64,000 nucleotides of DNA, taken from IMG/VR virus record IMGVR_UViG_2541047913_000007, one strand, 5' to 3'. The notes below the pieces were generated by a model, which was not told where the DNA came from, searched no databases, and saw only the letters and a list, made by a program, of their open reading frames with translations. Made by a program: the position numbers and the translations under genes. Of this stretch, positions 8,544 to 18,042 are shown piece by piece. Position 1 is the stretch's first letter. Each line of letters opens with the position of its first letter. Source of the stretch: a virus. Its lineage: Duplodnaviria; Heunggongvirae; Uroviricota; Caudoviricetes.

Positions 8544-9372
8544 GGTTTACCCCCTTGCTGACTGGTTTTACCTGTGCCCTGACGTGCTGCACGTGGCGGG
8601 CAAATTTCTGCTCCCACTGAACCTGCGTGAAAACCTTCCCCTCCGCCATCCAGTAATCCCGGAATGCGGCAAGCTCTGCAGGTGTAAATTCCGGCTCAGG
8701 CAGAGCCATACCCCACACTGCTGCCCGTTGTCGAAAATCCGACGACGGCTGCCAGACAGTAGTCATCGAAAATTTCCCGATCGGTTCGCTCAGGCCGTCC
8801 AGGTATTCAGGTTCGGCTGTCTGCAACGGCGCACCATGCGACTCACCGGTTGGAGCACTCTCGCGCATGCGCGCGTTATGTGTGGGGTTTAATTCTGTAT
8901 CTGTATCTTTATCTGTCGTGACTTGTCGTGACGGATGCGTGACACGTCGTGACTCATCGTGACAATCAGCATCATATTTCCGCAGCTTTTCGCGCTCCCG
9001 CTGCGCTCTCTTGCGCTCTGCCGGGGATTTTGCCGTTTGCGAAACGTTACCATTGTCCTCTTTCAGCACCTGACGTTTTTCCCATCCGGAAATAAGGTCA
9101 CCATCCAGAACCCGCCCCTGCATTGCATGCAAAATTGAATCAATTACGTCTTCCGTCACATCAAGCGCACTTGCTAAATCTTCCGTCGTGACATCAATGT
9201 GACCACGTAGTGACACGCCGTGACATGTCGTGACATTTCGTGACGCACTCACCAGAAGGTGGATATACACCGCCATCACTGTTGCGATTGGCTGTCCTGA
9301 GACCCTGGCAATGGTTCGCCATTTGGGATCATTTGGCATGTCATGCCACAATCTGAGCCAGGCATTAGCCAT
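8332..9372 (-). CDS. Replication initiator (lambda O-like / replisome organiser) containing two iteron clusters
   Basis: 346 aa from ATG at 9372; iterons embedded in coding sequence; position between cro-like/ydaT-like and P-like. Confidence 0.65.
   Translation of the reverse strand: MANAWLRLWHDMPNDPKWRTIARVSGQPIATVMAVYIHLLVSASRNVTTCHGVSLRGHIDVTTEDLASALDVTEDVIDSILHAMQGRVLDGDLISGWEKRQVLKEDNGNVSQTAKSPAERKRAQREREKLRKYDADCHDESRRVTHPSRQVTTDKDTDTELNPTHNARMRESAPTGESHGAPLQTAEPEYLDGLSEPIGKFSMTTVWQPSSDFRQRAAVWGMALPEPEFTPAELAAFRDYWMAEGKVFTQVQWEQKFARHVQHVRAQVKPVSKGVNHAAAPGGTASRAVQEIRAAREQWERENGFISDGNGLEAVGAYGGGVFEPLDPEERGRTFEALDCPDWRDD
8912..8965. repeat. Iteron cluster 1 (about 5 copies of CGTGAC-containing ~10-bp repeats), putative replication origin element
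   Basis: ctgtcgtgac ttgtcgtgac ggatgcgtgac acgtcgtgac tcatcgtgac. Confidence 0.7.
9183..9245. repeat. Iteron cluster 2 (about 6 copies of GTGAC-containing repeats)
   Basis: ccgtcgtgac...tgtgac...tagtgac...gccgtgac...tgtcgtgac...ttcgtgac. Confidence 0.7.
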
Positions 9373-9440
9373 ACTCACCTCATCTGATACCGAACTTTAC
9401 CCTCGAACATCCGGAAGAAATCCGGCATGAATATTGTTGG

Positions 9441-9866
9441 TCAATGCACGACAACAGCATTACCAGGCTGACCACCACTGTTAGTCAGGGTGCCCCAGGC
9501 GATCGCCGCTGCGACAAAATCATCCACATCTTTCACCAGCCGATCCCTCCGTTCGACGATCTCACGGTAATATTCAGAGCTGTGACTGCGCATACGGGCC
9601 ACCAGCAGAGGCGGCATTGCCTTTTCGATCGCCGGTAACAGAGCCTGAATTTTTTCAACAGCATCAGGGGTGTCTTTATCCAGCCAACGGAAAATTTTCT
9701 GGGTATTACGAGCCAGGGCTTCCGGATGGCTGTCGTCGTACAGTTCCGGGAACGTCATTCCCAGCTCGAAATACGCTTTGGTAATTTTCGCAGCCGGTAC
9801 TTTTTCGCCGTCCGGATGCGCCCAGACATTCATCGCCATGCGGATGTGTTCATGCTTGATTTTCAT
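9441..9866 (-). CDS. YdaT-like protein (Rac-type early protein in the cII position)
   Basis: 141 aa immediately downstream of the cro-like gene, overlapping its end. Confidence 0.45.
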   Translation of the reverse strand: MKIKHEHIRMAMNVWAHPDGEKVPAAKITKAYFELGMTFPELYDDSHPEALARNTQKIFRWLDKDTPDAVEKIQALLPAIEKAMPPLLVARMRSHSSEYYREIVERRDRLVKDVDDFVAAAIAWGTLTNSGGQPGNAVVVH

Positions 9867-10131
9867 GAATCAAGCTCCTAGAAAGTGGTTGTGTTAACGT
9901 TTTGGTATCTTCCAGCTCGGGCCAAATATTCATCCAATCAAAAGGCCTTAGTTGCTGACGTGTAACTTCACCATTACTGGCTCGCTCAATAAGGACACAT
10001 AACGATGCCCCTAACACTTGACCTTTACTCAATGCTTTTCTTAGATAACCGATGCTGGTACCACACTCGCATGCAAACATACGCTGTTCATCTGACGAAA
10101 GAGAATTGAGAAATATTCTTAATTCTTCCAT
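9850..10131 (-). CDS. Cro-like/YdaS-like HTH regulator
   Basis: 93 aa with HTH segment CECGTSIGYLRKALSKGQ; aaggag SD; divergent from repressor gene. Confidence 0.6.
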   Translation of the reverse strand: MEELRIFLNSLSSDEQRMFACECGTSIGYLRKALSKGQVLGASLCVLIERASNGEVTRQQLRPFDWMNIWPELEDTKTLTQPLSRSLIHENQA

Positions 10132-10231
10132 AGCTACTCCTTAGTAAACACAGCAAAGAATACCCGCAGGTAAACAAAAGTCAATACCCACAGGTTGTTT
10201 ACCTTACGGTAATCGCATCTATTATTTACCT
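10132..10231. promoter_or_regulatory. Divergent promoter/operator region between cro-like and repressor genes
   Basis: Inverted repeats caggtaaacaa...ttgtttacct and near-palindrome ttacggtaa. Confidence 0.5.
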
Positions 10232-10651
10232 ATGGACAAATATGAATTTAGACGACAGCAACTCATCAAAATTCGTGATGAGAAATGCGATGGTAAAGCG
10301 GTTAACGTGGCCAGAAAGATCGGGCGCGAGCCTTCTTATGTATCAAGAATGTTGTACCCAGAGGGGAAAAAGGGAAAAAAACGGATCGCTGATGATATGG
10401 TGGAGATTATCGAAGAGTCCTTTGGGTTACCCCGGGGATGGATGGATGGTATCGTTTCATCATCAACGAACACAGCCTCCAGTTATGAAACAAGGGTTCT
10501 AACGCCACGACAACGTATTTTTTTAGATCTCTTAGACGAACTGCCAGAAAGTGAAGCGGATAAATTATTAAAAACTCTTGAAGAGAAAAAACAGTATTAC
10601 AATATGATCTACGAAGAAATCCGTAAAAAGAAAGCACAAAACGCATCATAG
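10232..10651 (+). CDS. Phage repressor-like DNA-binding protein
   Basis: 139 aa, HTH-like segment AVNVARKIGREPSYVSRML; essentially leaderless ATG; divergent from cro-like. Confidence 0.55.
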   Translation: MDKYEFRRQQLIKIRDEKCDGKAVNVARKIGREPSYVSRMLYPEGKKGKKRIADDMVEIIEESFGLPRGWMDGIVSSSTNTASSYETRVLTPRQRIFLDLLDELPESEADKLLKTLEEKKQYYNMIYEEIRKKKAQNAS

Positions 10652-10692
10652 CTCACCAAACAACTAGTCACCAGTTAAGACACCGCAAAAAT

Positions 10693-10738
10693 TTACCCAT
10701 AGGTATTTACTTTTTGAATACCTATGGGTATCCTTCTT
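10693..10738 (+). terminator. 13-bp perfect inverted repeat (cccataggtattt...aatacctatggg) followed by T-rich tract
   Basis: Palindrome read directly, 40 bp after repressor stop. Confidence 0.4.
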
Positions 10739-10915
10739 TTCATACCAACCCACCCCGCCCCACAGAATGCAGGGCAATACTTCGAGTTACCCGGCAGTGG
10801 TCAGGGGTTAAGTAGCCAGCCCGAGGCGTATGAACATGACGGCGGGAACACTTTGTATAACAGCGCAGCAGGTTTTTGTTCCGCTACCCCGGCGTTAAGG
10901 GGAAATGAGGTCAGC

Positions 10916-11068
10916 ATGGATACTATCGAGCTTGGCAACAGCGAATCTCTGGTATGCGGCGTGTTTCCCAACCAGTACGGCACGTTTACCGCGATGACGT
11001 ATACCAAAAGTAAAACGTTTAAAACCGAAGCTGGCGCGCATCGCTGGTTAGCAAGAAACTCCGACTGA
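10916..11068 (+). CDS. Hypothetical small protein (50 aa)
   Basis: ATG preceded by gagg; within ORF-track frame 10724..11068. Confidence 0.3.
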   Translation: MDTIELGNSESLVCGVFPNQYGTFTAMTYTKSKTFKTEAGAHRWLARNSD

Positions 11069-11481
11069 TGAGGTTGACGATGGAATTTAAAGATTTACCA
11101 GTACCATTCCAGGAAATGGCATCGAATGTGGTTCGCTCTCAACTGGCGACTCTTGACCTGAGTACCGTAGAAAAAGAAACCATCGATACTATATCCGGTA
11201 ACGTGCGTCGTGCCTTTATAGGTCTGTATGAAGAGAAGCGCCTATTCGGCGGACAGAATTCGCCTGAAAACAAGAATCAAGCAAATGATGAGAAGCTGAA
11301 ACACATTATCGCCTTACTTTTGGAAGACGCAAAACGTCTACAGCAACTGGAACCAAATGCAGGCACAGAGGCCCGCATTTGGATTGCCATGAAATCACTC
11401 AAATGTGAAAGCAGTGATTATTTCAAAACAACAATTAAAACTACTCAACTTTCGGGAGAGCTACTGAAGAAATTGCCATAA
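11068..11481 (+). CDS. Hypothetical phage early protein
   Basis: 137 aa ORF, TGATG overlap with upstream ORF. Confidence 0.4.
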   Translation: MRLTMEFKDLPVPFQEMASNVVRSQLATLDLSTVEKETIDTISGNVRRAFIGLYEEKRLFGGQNSPENKNQANDEKLKHIIALLLEDAKRLQQLEPNAGTEARIWIAMKSLKCESSDYFKTTIKTTQLSGELLKKLP

Positions 11482-11725
11482 GAGCATGGTCTTTCTCTTG
11501 TTCTGCAAGATGAGCATTAATACCTGGTATGGTTTTTTCAAATTTATCTATCTGTTGAATAACAACTTCGCGGTATACGTTTGTTTTTGTACCACCAAGC
11601 GCAGCCGTTAATGCAGAAAGCATATTTAGTATCATATCAGTACGATATGAAAAGAATCCTGATAGCTTCATCTTGTTTTTCAATAATAGATTGCAGGGCC
11701 TCAATTTGCTTTTTATCCATTTCAC
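11441..11725 (-). CDS. Hypothetical protein (GTG start; a 27-codon ATG ORF with better SD exists in another frame)
   Basis: ORF track; convergent with 11068..11481. Confidence 0.25.
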   Translation of the reverse strand: MKWIKSKLRPCNLLLKNKMKLSGFFSYRTDMILNMLSALTAALGGTKTNVYREVVIQQIDKFEKTIPGINAHLAEQEKDHALMAISSVALPKVE

Positions 11726-12281
11726 CCTCCTGAGGGTTGGTAATTAAGGAGTTCTCCACGGGTCAGGTGGAGTGCGTGCGCCGGACACGGGTGAGCATCC
11801 GGCACTGACAGTTTACTGAAAGGATATGTCCCTGAAAAGTCAGGGCATAACGCGAAAGCGCACGGCGAAATTGGTCTCTCTGTACGGTGTCGTTAAATTT
11901 AGTTCGACCGTGCACTTCCGGTTGTGGCACTCCGCGAAATGGCGCGGCGGTAAGTATGGCTGGGGTTTCCTCCATTGCTCCAGAAAATGCACCGGGTTGT
12001 CAGGTTGACCATACGCTTAAGTGACAGCCCCGCCACAATACCCATGCGTAGTCTTTGGTGGCATCAGTTCTACTCCGTGACTGCTCTGCCACCCTTTTTA
12101 AAGTGAATTTTGTGATGCGGTGAATGCGGCTATGCGCACGCGGAACAGTTAAAACCGTAAAGTGGTCTTTTACGGGGCGTAACGGGCATCCTTCTGTATT
12201 CCGGCGTTAATTGTTAACTGGTTAACGTCACCTGGAGGCACCAGGCACTGCATCACAAAATTCATTGTTGAGGACGCGATA

Positions 12282-12470
12282 ATGGAAACGTTATTACCAA
12301 ACGTTAATACGTCTGAAGGTTGTTTTGATATTGGAGTTCTGCTCAGTAACCGGGAGTTTACTGAAGATGCCATTAAGATGAGAAAATATGAACCTTATCT
12401 TCTCAATGATAATTCCATACTTTCCAGAATTGCCCTTCTTGAACTTGGTATTATCGGAGAACAGCAGTGA
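12282..12470 (+). CDS. Hypothetical small protein (62 aa)
   Basis: ATG preceded by gagga; ATGA overlap with next ORF. Confidence 0.4.
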   Translation: METLLPNVNTSEGCFDIGVLLSNREFTEDAIKMRKYEPYLLNDNSILSRIALLELGIIGEQQ

Positions 12471-12655
12471 CTTCAGCATTTGCACTGGTGATGACCGTTT
12501 TTCTTATAACGGGTGAGCCACAAAATGTGATTACCGGAATTTATGACAGTAAGTCATCCTGCATTCAGGTAAGGGACGAACAAAAAATCCCCGGTGAATG
12601 CCTCCCGTTAAAAAAAGTATCGCTGTACCTGAATAACGAAACACCGGCTGGATAA
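12467..12655 (+). CDS. Hypothetical small protein with hydrophobic N-terminus (62 aa)
   Basis: MTSAFALVMTVFLITG N-terminal hydrophobic segment; translationally coupled to upstream ORF. Confidence 0.4.
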   Translation: MTSAFALVMTVFLITGEPQNVITGIYDSKSSCIQVRDEQKIPGECLPLKKVSLYLNNETPAG

Positions 12656-12747
12656 CCCGCCAGCCATATTAACGCCATACCAACGGATTAAAAATGCCAG
12701 CAATGGCAGGAATTTGTTCATCCTTAAAATGGTTATGAGGTTTATCA

Positions 12748-15186
12748 ATGAACGCTGATAAAGAAGAAATTGCACTATATTACGAAGCCAAAAATGACAA
12801 AGTCAGAAAACGCCTTGGGATTAAAGGTGGTTTTTACTGGCGCACAGCAAAAAAATTATCGGTTGCAATATCACGCGGTGTTGCTGCAATGGACGATGCC
12901 GGATTTGACGAAGAGGATTTTAAAAAACCCATCCGCGTCCATTTACCCGTTGTGAATGACCTTCCACCGGAAGGTGTGTTTGATACTGAATTCTGCAACC
13001 GATACGAAAAAGGCGGAGAAGATGGTATCACAATGATATTTATAGCGCCCTCCCCCTCAGTTCAGGACAAACCAGCCAGCACTGACAATACCAACGTCAA
13101 TGGCGAAGACATGGCTGAGATTGAGGATAATATGCTCCTGCCGATTTCCGGTCAGGAACTGCCCATTCGCTGGCTTGCGCAACATGGCAGCGAAAAACCG
13201 GTAACGCACGTTTCACGAGAAGAACTTCAGGCATTACATATCGCACGAGCTGAAGAACTACCGGCTGTTACTGGCCTGGCTATTTCCCACAACACAAAGC
13301 TGCTCGACCCGCTGGAGATTCGCGACCTTCACAAATTGGTACGCGACACTGACAAAGTTTTCCCTAATCCCGTTAATTCCAGTCTGGGGTTCATGACTGC
13401 TTTTTTCGAAGCATACCTGGACACTGACTATACCGATCGAGGTCTGCTGACAAAAGAGTGGATGAAAGGAAATCGTGTTTCTCGCATCACCCGCACGGCT
13501 TCCGGTGCAAATGCCGGTGGCGGAAATAAAACCGATCGTAATCCTGACTTAGTACACACTCTCGATACTCTGGATGTGGAGGCTGCAGCAGCCACGCTTC
13601 CGATGGATTTTAATATTTATGAAATTCCCGGGAGCGTTTATCGTCGCGCAAAAGAAATCGTCCTGAAAAAAGAAAGTCCGTTCAGGGAATGGTCCGCAGC
13701 ACTTCGCGCAACCCCTGGTATCCTGGACTATTCCCGCGCAGCTATTTTTGCACTTATCCGAAGCGCCCACCCTGAGTTTTATCACTACCCGGGGCGCCTT
13801 CAGGGGTATATCAATGCCAACCTGACAGAAACTGATCACGAGAATCCCACAGCTGAAACGCTCATGGCTGCCCGGCATACACCGGAAAAAGATATCCTGG
13901 AAGAAATTAACGGCGGACTGGCTGCTGAGTGCAAAACAGAAGAAGAAAAAAATGATGAAGATAACCCGCAACCATCTGGCGCAATGGCAGATGAACAGGC
14001 AACGGCTGAAACAATGGCAGCGGATACAGTTGAACATCATCAGGACCCGCAGCCGCTGGATGACAAGTCACAGGTAAAAGTTACCGCTGACGAAGTAAAC
14101 AAAATTATGCAGGCAGCCAATATCAGCCAGCCTGACGCCGATAAGTTGCTTGCTGCCTCTCGCGGAGAATTTGTTGCAGGGATTAGCGACCCGAATGATC
14201 CGAAATGGGTAAAGGGGATTGAAACCCGCGATTCTGTAAACCAGAACCAGCAAGAATCGGAACAGAACGACCAGAAAGCGGAACAAAACAGCCCAAATGC
14301 GTTACAAAACGAGCCAGAAACGAAACAGCCTGAACCAGTGGCGCAACAGGAAGTGGAAAAAGTCTGCACCGCCTGCGGTCAGACCGGCGGCGGCAACTGC
14401 CCTGATTGTGGCGCGGTGATGGGCGACGCAACATACCAGGAAACATTCGATGAAGAGTATCAGGTTGAAGTTCAGGAAGATGATCCGGAGGAAATGGAAG
14501 GCGCTGAACATCCACACAAGGAGAATGCTGGCAGCGCTCAGGATCACGCCAGCGATAGTGAAACTGGCGAGACGGCAGATCCCTTAATTACGGTGAACGG
14601 TCATCACGTTATCACATCCACCAGCAGGTTGTGGCACCATCTGATGATTGACCTTGAAACCATGGGAAAAAATCCTGATGCCCCGATCATCTCAATAGGT
14701 GCAATATTTTTCGATCCGCAAACCGGAGATATGGGACCGGAATTTAGTAAGACTATCGATCTGGAAACTGCTGGCGGGGTCATTGATCGGGACACCATTA
14801 AATGGTGGCTTAAGCAATCACGCGAAGCGCAATCTGCCATTATGACCGATGAAATCCCGTTAGATGATGCACTGTTACAATTGCGGGAATTTATCGACGA
14901 AAACTCCGGTGAATTTTTTGTTCAGGTCTGGGGAAATGGAGCCAACTTCGACAACACGATTTTGCGCCGTTCATACGAACGGCAGGGGATCCCCTGCCCG
15001 TGGAGTTACTACAACGATCGCGATGTACGCACAATCGTTGAGCTGGGGAAAGCCATAGACTTCGATGCCAGAACTGCTACCCCATTCGAAGGTGAGCGCC
15101 ATAATGCACTTGATGACGCCCGTTATCAGGCAAAATACGTTTCAGCTATCTGGCAAAAACTGATCCCGAGTCAGGCTGATTTTTAA
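12748..15186 (+). CDS. Large early protein with acidic linker, CxxC zinc ribbon and C-terminal DEDDh (DnaQ-like) 3'-5' exonuclease domain
   Basis: 812 aa; [16 protein letters not shown]; exonuclease motifs [33 protein letters not shown]. Confidence 0.7.
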   Translation: MNADKEEIALYYEAKNDKVRKRLGIKGGFYWRTAKKLSVAISRGVAAMDDAGFDEEDFKKPIRVHLPVVNDLPPEGVFDTEFCNRYEKGGEDGITMIFIAPSPSVQDKPASTDNTNVNGEDMAEIEDNMLLPISGQELPIRWLAQHGSEKPVTHVSREELQALHIARAEELPAVTGLAISHNTKLLDPLEIRDLHKLVRDTDKVFPNPVNSSLGFMTAFFEAYLDTDYTDRGLLTKEWMKGNRVSRITRTASGANAGGGNKTDRNPDLVHTLDTLDVEAAAATLPMDFNIYEIPGSVYRRAKEIVLKKESPFREWSAALRATPGILDYSRAAIFALIRSAHPEFYHYPGRLQGYINANLTETDHENPTAETLMAARHTPEKDILEEINGGLAAECKTEEEKNDEDNPQPSGAMADEQATAETMAADTVEHHQDPQPLDDKSQVKVTADEVNKIMQAANISQPDADKLLAASRGEFVAGISDPNDPKWVKGIETRDSVNQNQQESEQNDQKAEQNSPNALQNEPETKQPEPVAQQEVEKVCTACGQTGGGNCPDCGAVMGDATYQETFDEEYQVEVQEDDPEEMEGAEHPHKENAGSAQDHASDSETGETADPLITVNGHHVITSTSRLWHHLMIDLETMGKNPDAPIISIGAIFFDPQTGDMGPEFSKTIDLETAGGVIDRDTIKWWLKQSREAQSAIMTDEIPLDDALLQLREFIDENSGEFFVQVWGNGANFDNTILRRSYERQGIPCPWSYYNDRDVRTIVELGKAIDFDARTATPFEGERHNALDDARYQAKYVSAIWQKLIPSQADF

Positions 15187-15257
15187 TGTTCAACCGTCGT
15201 CGGTTGCAATTGGTATTCTGCAACCGGCGTTCATCTGATGTAAGAGATAAAGAATCG

Positions 15258-15509
15258 ATGAGCGAAGTAATCATGATCGTCTCTCCTGGCAAATGGGTAT
15301 CCGAAGAGCAGTTAATTGCACTTAAAGGAATCAAAAAGGGAACGCTAAAAAAAGCCAGGGAAAAATCGTTTATGGAAGGAAGGGAATATAAGCATGTCGC
15401 TCATGACGGTATGCCATGGGATAACAGTCCATGCTTTTACAACCTGGAAGAAATTGATCGCTGGATTGAGCGCCAGGCATCTGCAAGACCAAGACGTCAT
15501 CTTGCTTGA
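15258..15509 (+). CDS. xis: Excisionase-like protein
   Basis: 83 aa immediately upstream of integrase. Confidence 0.5.
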   Translation: MSEVIMIVSPGKWVSEEQLIALKGIKKGTLKKAREKSFMEGREYKHVAHDGMPWDNSPCFYNLEEIDRWIERQASARPRRHLA

Positions 15510-15528
15510 CTAAAAGCAACACGAACCA

Positions 15529-16824
15529 ATGAGAGAAGCTGAAATGAAATATCCGACAGGCGTGGAAAACCATGGAGGGAAATTACGTATCTGGTTTGTT
15601 TATAAAGGTGTAAGAGTCCGGGAAAATCTTGGGGTTCCTGACACAGCAAAAAACAGACGCATTGCAGGTGAGCTACGCGCCTCTGTTTGTTACGCAATAA
15701 AAACTGGCGCTTTCGACTATGCAAAACAGTTTCCCGCCTCACACAATCTGGAAAAATTTGGTGAGGCCCGACAAGATTTAACCATAAAAGAACTGGCTGA
15801 AAAATTTCTGGCACTGAAAGAAACTGAAGTCGCAAAAACGTCACTCAACACGTACCGTGCCGTCATCAAAAATATTCTGAGCATAATCGGTGAAAAAAAT
15901 CTTGCATCATCGATTAATAAAGAAAAATTGCTGGCAGTACGTAAAGAGTTACTGACTGGATACCAGATCCCCAAAAGTAACTATATTGTTACACAACCAG
16001 GGAGATCGGCTGTTACCGTAAATAATTACATGACAAATCTTTACGCCGTGTTCCAGTTTGGTGTTGATAACGGTTATCTGGCAGACAATCCATTTAAGGG
16101 GATCTCACCATTAAAGGAGTCGAGAACCATCCCGGATCCACTTTCGCGGGAGGAGTTTATCCGCCTTATTGACGCGTGCAGAAATCAGCAAGCCAAAAAT
16201 TTATGGTGTGTTTCCGTTTATACTGGGATTCGCCCTGGTGAACTCTGTGCGCTTGGATGGGAAGATATAGATCTGAAAAATGGAACAATGATAATCAGAA
16301 GAAATCTGGCAAAAGACCGTTTTACAGTACCAAAAACACAGGCGGGAACCAATCGTGTGATTCACCTTATTAAGCCCGCAATCGACGCTCTCCGGAGTCA
16401 GATGGCACTAACGAGACTGAGCAAAGAGCATATCATCGATGTTCACCTCAGAGAATTCGGCAGAACAGAGAAACAAAAATGTACCTTTGTTTTTCAACCT
16501 GAAGTGTCAGCGAAAGTAAAAAATTATGGTGACCATTTTACCGTTGACTCAATAAGGCAGATGTGGGACGCAGCGGTAAAGCGTGCCGGAATCCGCCATC
16601 GCAAATCGTATCAGTCGAGACACACTTATGCCTGCTGGTCGTTAACAGCAGGAGCTAACCCGGCATTCATTGCAAACCAGATGGGCCATGCAGATGCGCA
16701 AATGGTGTTTCAGGTGTACGGGAAATGGATGTCAGAAAATAATAATGCGCAGGTAACGCTGTTAAATACACAGTTAAGCGAGTTTGCCCCAACCATGCCC
16801 CATAACGAAGCAATGAAAAATTAA
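15529..16824 (+). CDS. int: Tyrosine site-specific integrase
   Basis: 431 aa; C-terminal RHTYACW and HAD...MVFQVYGKW catalytic-region motifs; terminal position next to host gene. Confidence 0.85.
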   Translation: MREAEMKYPTGVENHGGKLRIWFVYKGVRVRENLGVPDTAKNRRIAGELRASVCYAIKTGAFDYAKQFPASHNLEKFGEARQDLTIKELAEKFLALKETEVAKTSLNTYRAVIKNILSIIGEKNLASSINKEKLLAVRKELLTGYQIPKSNYIVTQPGRSAVTVNNYMTNLYAVFQFGVDNGYLADNPFKGISPLKESRTIPDPLSREEFIRLIDACRNQQAKNLWCVSVYTGIRPGELCALGWEDIDLKNGTMIIRRNLAKDRFTVPKTQAGTNRVIHLIKPAIDALRSQMALTRLSKEHIIDVHLREFGRTEKQKCTFVFQPEVSAKVKNYGDHFTVDSIRQMWDAAVKRAGIRHRKSYQSRHTYACWSLTAGANPAFIANQMGHADAQMVFQVYGKWMSENNNAQVTLLNTQLSEFAPTMPHNEAMKN

Positions 16825-17011
16825 TTTAATATTTATCAAATAGTTAACACGCATGACTCTTGAAATCCATAAATTCAAGCGCAGTGCCCAGCCATCCCGA
16901 TACTGCTGCTTTCACCAAATCCTTAGTGCTTCTTTCATGTTTTTCTATTGTCATAATGGTTATCTCTAAAAAAGAGGTAAGATGCGTACTACTTACTCGC
17001 CGTTATTGGTA
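16825..17011. other. Prophage 1 attachment junction (attR side) between int and rspB
   Basis: Intergenic AT-rich 187 bp between integrase stop and rspB stop. Confidence 0.4.
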
Positions 17012-18031
17012 TTATTCAGAAAAAGTGAGTAAGACTTTGCAGCAATGTTTTTGATCCTGTTCAAATAAACTAATGGCATCAGCAACATGCTGGAAATCAA
17101 ACGTATGGGTAATTAATTTTTCTGGTTTAATTAACCCTTTACTTAACCAGTCGATAACAACCGGAAATTTATTTGCATTTAAGCGTGAAGAGAAAATAGA
17201 GAGTTCTTTTCCGGTAATTCCTTGCTGAATCACTTCAGACGGTTCACTGGAGAAGCCCATCAATACAATACGTGCCGCTGGAGAAGCCAGCGTTACGGCC
17301 TCTTTCAGGATAGAAGGATGACAAGCCGCATCGATAATTAATGTCGGCTTGATGCCTTTTTCAGCGAAAATCTCGCCAAGCGGTGTCTGGCTGTTATTAA
17401 TCGCCCAGTCTGCCCCGCTCTCTTTCGCTTTTTCCAGTCGTTCATCAATGCGATCGGCAACAATCACATTTTTAACGTTATAGACGCCTTTTAATACCTG
17501 AACGATCGTCAGGCCGATTGGACCGGCACCATAAACCAGAACGGTATCATTTTCAGTCGGTTGACCATGACCGGTAACGTTAGCCGCAATGGTAAAAGGT
17601 TCGATCATCACCGCATATTGATCGGCCACTGCTTCAGGAATTTTCCACGCATTTTTTGCCGGAACCACGGCATATTCACTGAAACCACCGTCAGCGTGCA
17701 CACCTAATACAGCAAGTGTCGTACAAACGTTCGGCTTACCTATAGAGCACGGATAGCAATGCCCACAGCTGACCACCGGATCGACAGCAACGCGTTCACC
17801 GACTCTGGCGCTTTCCACACCTTCACCCACCGCATCAATGACGCCAAAGAATTCATGACCAATGACGCGCGGATATTTCGCAAAAGGATTATGCCCACGG
17901 TAAATATGGCTATCTGAACCACAAATTCCGGCAAGTTTCACTTTTACTCGTACTTCACCCGCTGACGGGGTGGGTATTTCACGTTCGATAATCGACAGTT
18001 GATTCGGTTTTTCAATTAAAATGCTTTTCAT
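17012..18031 (-). CDS. rspB: Starvation-sensing protein RspB (Zn-dependent alcohol dehydrogenase family)
   Basis: MKSILIEKPNQLSI... GHEFFG and Cys Zn motifs. Confidence 0.9.
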   Translation of the reverse strand: MKSILIEKPNQLSIIEREIPTPSAGEVRVKVKLAGICGSDSHIYRGHNPFAKYPRVIGHEFFGVIDAVGEGVESARVGERVAVDPVVSCGHCYPCSIGKPNVCTTLAVLGVHADGGFSEYAVVPAKNAWKIPEAVADQYAVMIEPFTIAANVTGHGQPTENDTVLVYGAGPIGLTIVQVLKGVYNVKNVIVADRIDERLEKAKESGADWAINNSQTPLGEIFAEKGIKPTLIIDAACHPSILKEAVTLASPAARIVLMGFSSEPSEVIQQGITGKELSIFSSRLNANKFPVVIDWLSKGLIKPEKLITHTFDFQHVADAISLFEQDQKHCCKVLLTFSE

Positions 18032-18042
18032 TACCTTACTCC

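Larger units (their letters stand above)
1..16850. mobile_element. Lambdoid prophage 1 (partial; left end beyond window start), integrated next to rspB at the Qin-type site; late/early genes on minus strand, xis-int on plus strand at right end
   Basis: Gene content and order: nanS-p-like, Q, rusA, DUF968, hok, P-like, O-like with iterons, cro-like/repressor, exonuclease, xis, int, followed directly by host rspB. Confidence 0.8.

Noticed and set aside
13549-14547. Minus-strand ORFs inside the exonuclease gene (13549..14040, 14040..14369, 14183..14515, 14302..14547)
   Set aside because: Antisense to the acidic linker of a well-supported plus-strand gene; Cys/Phe-rich artefactual translations
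12748-15186. Calling the 812-aa protein RecE (exonuclease VIII)
   Set aside because: Catalytic motifs are DEDDh/DnaQ-like rather than the PD-(D/E)XK type expected for RecE; kept as generic exonuclease-domain protein
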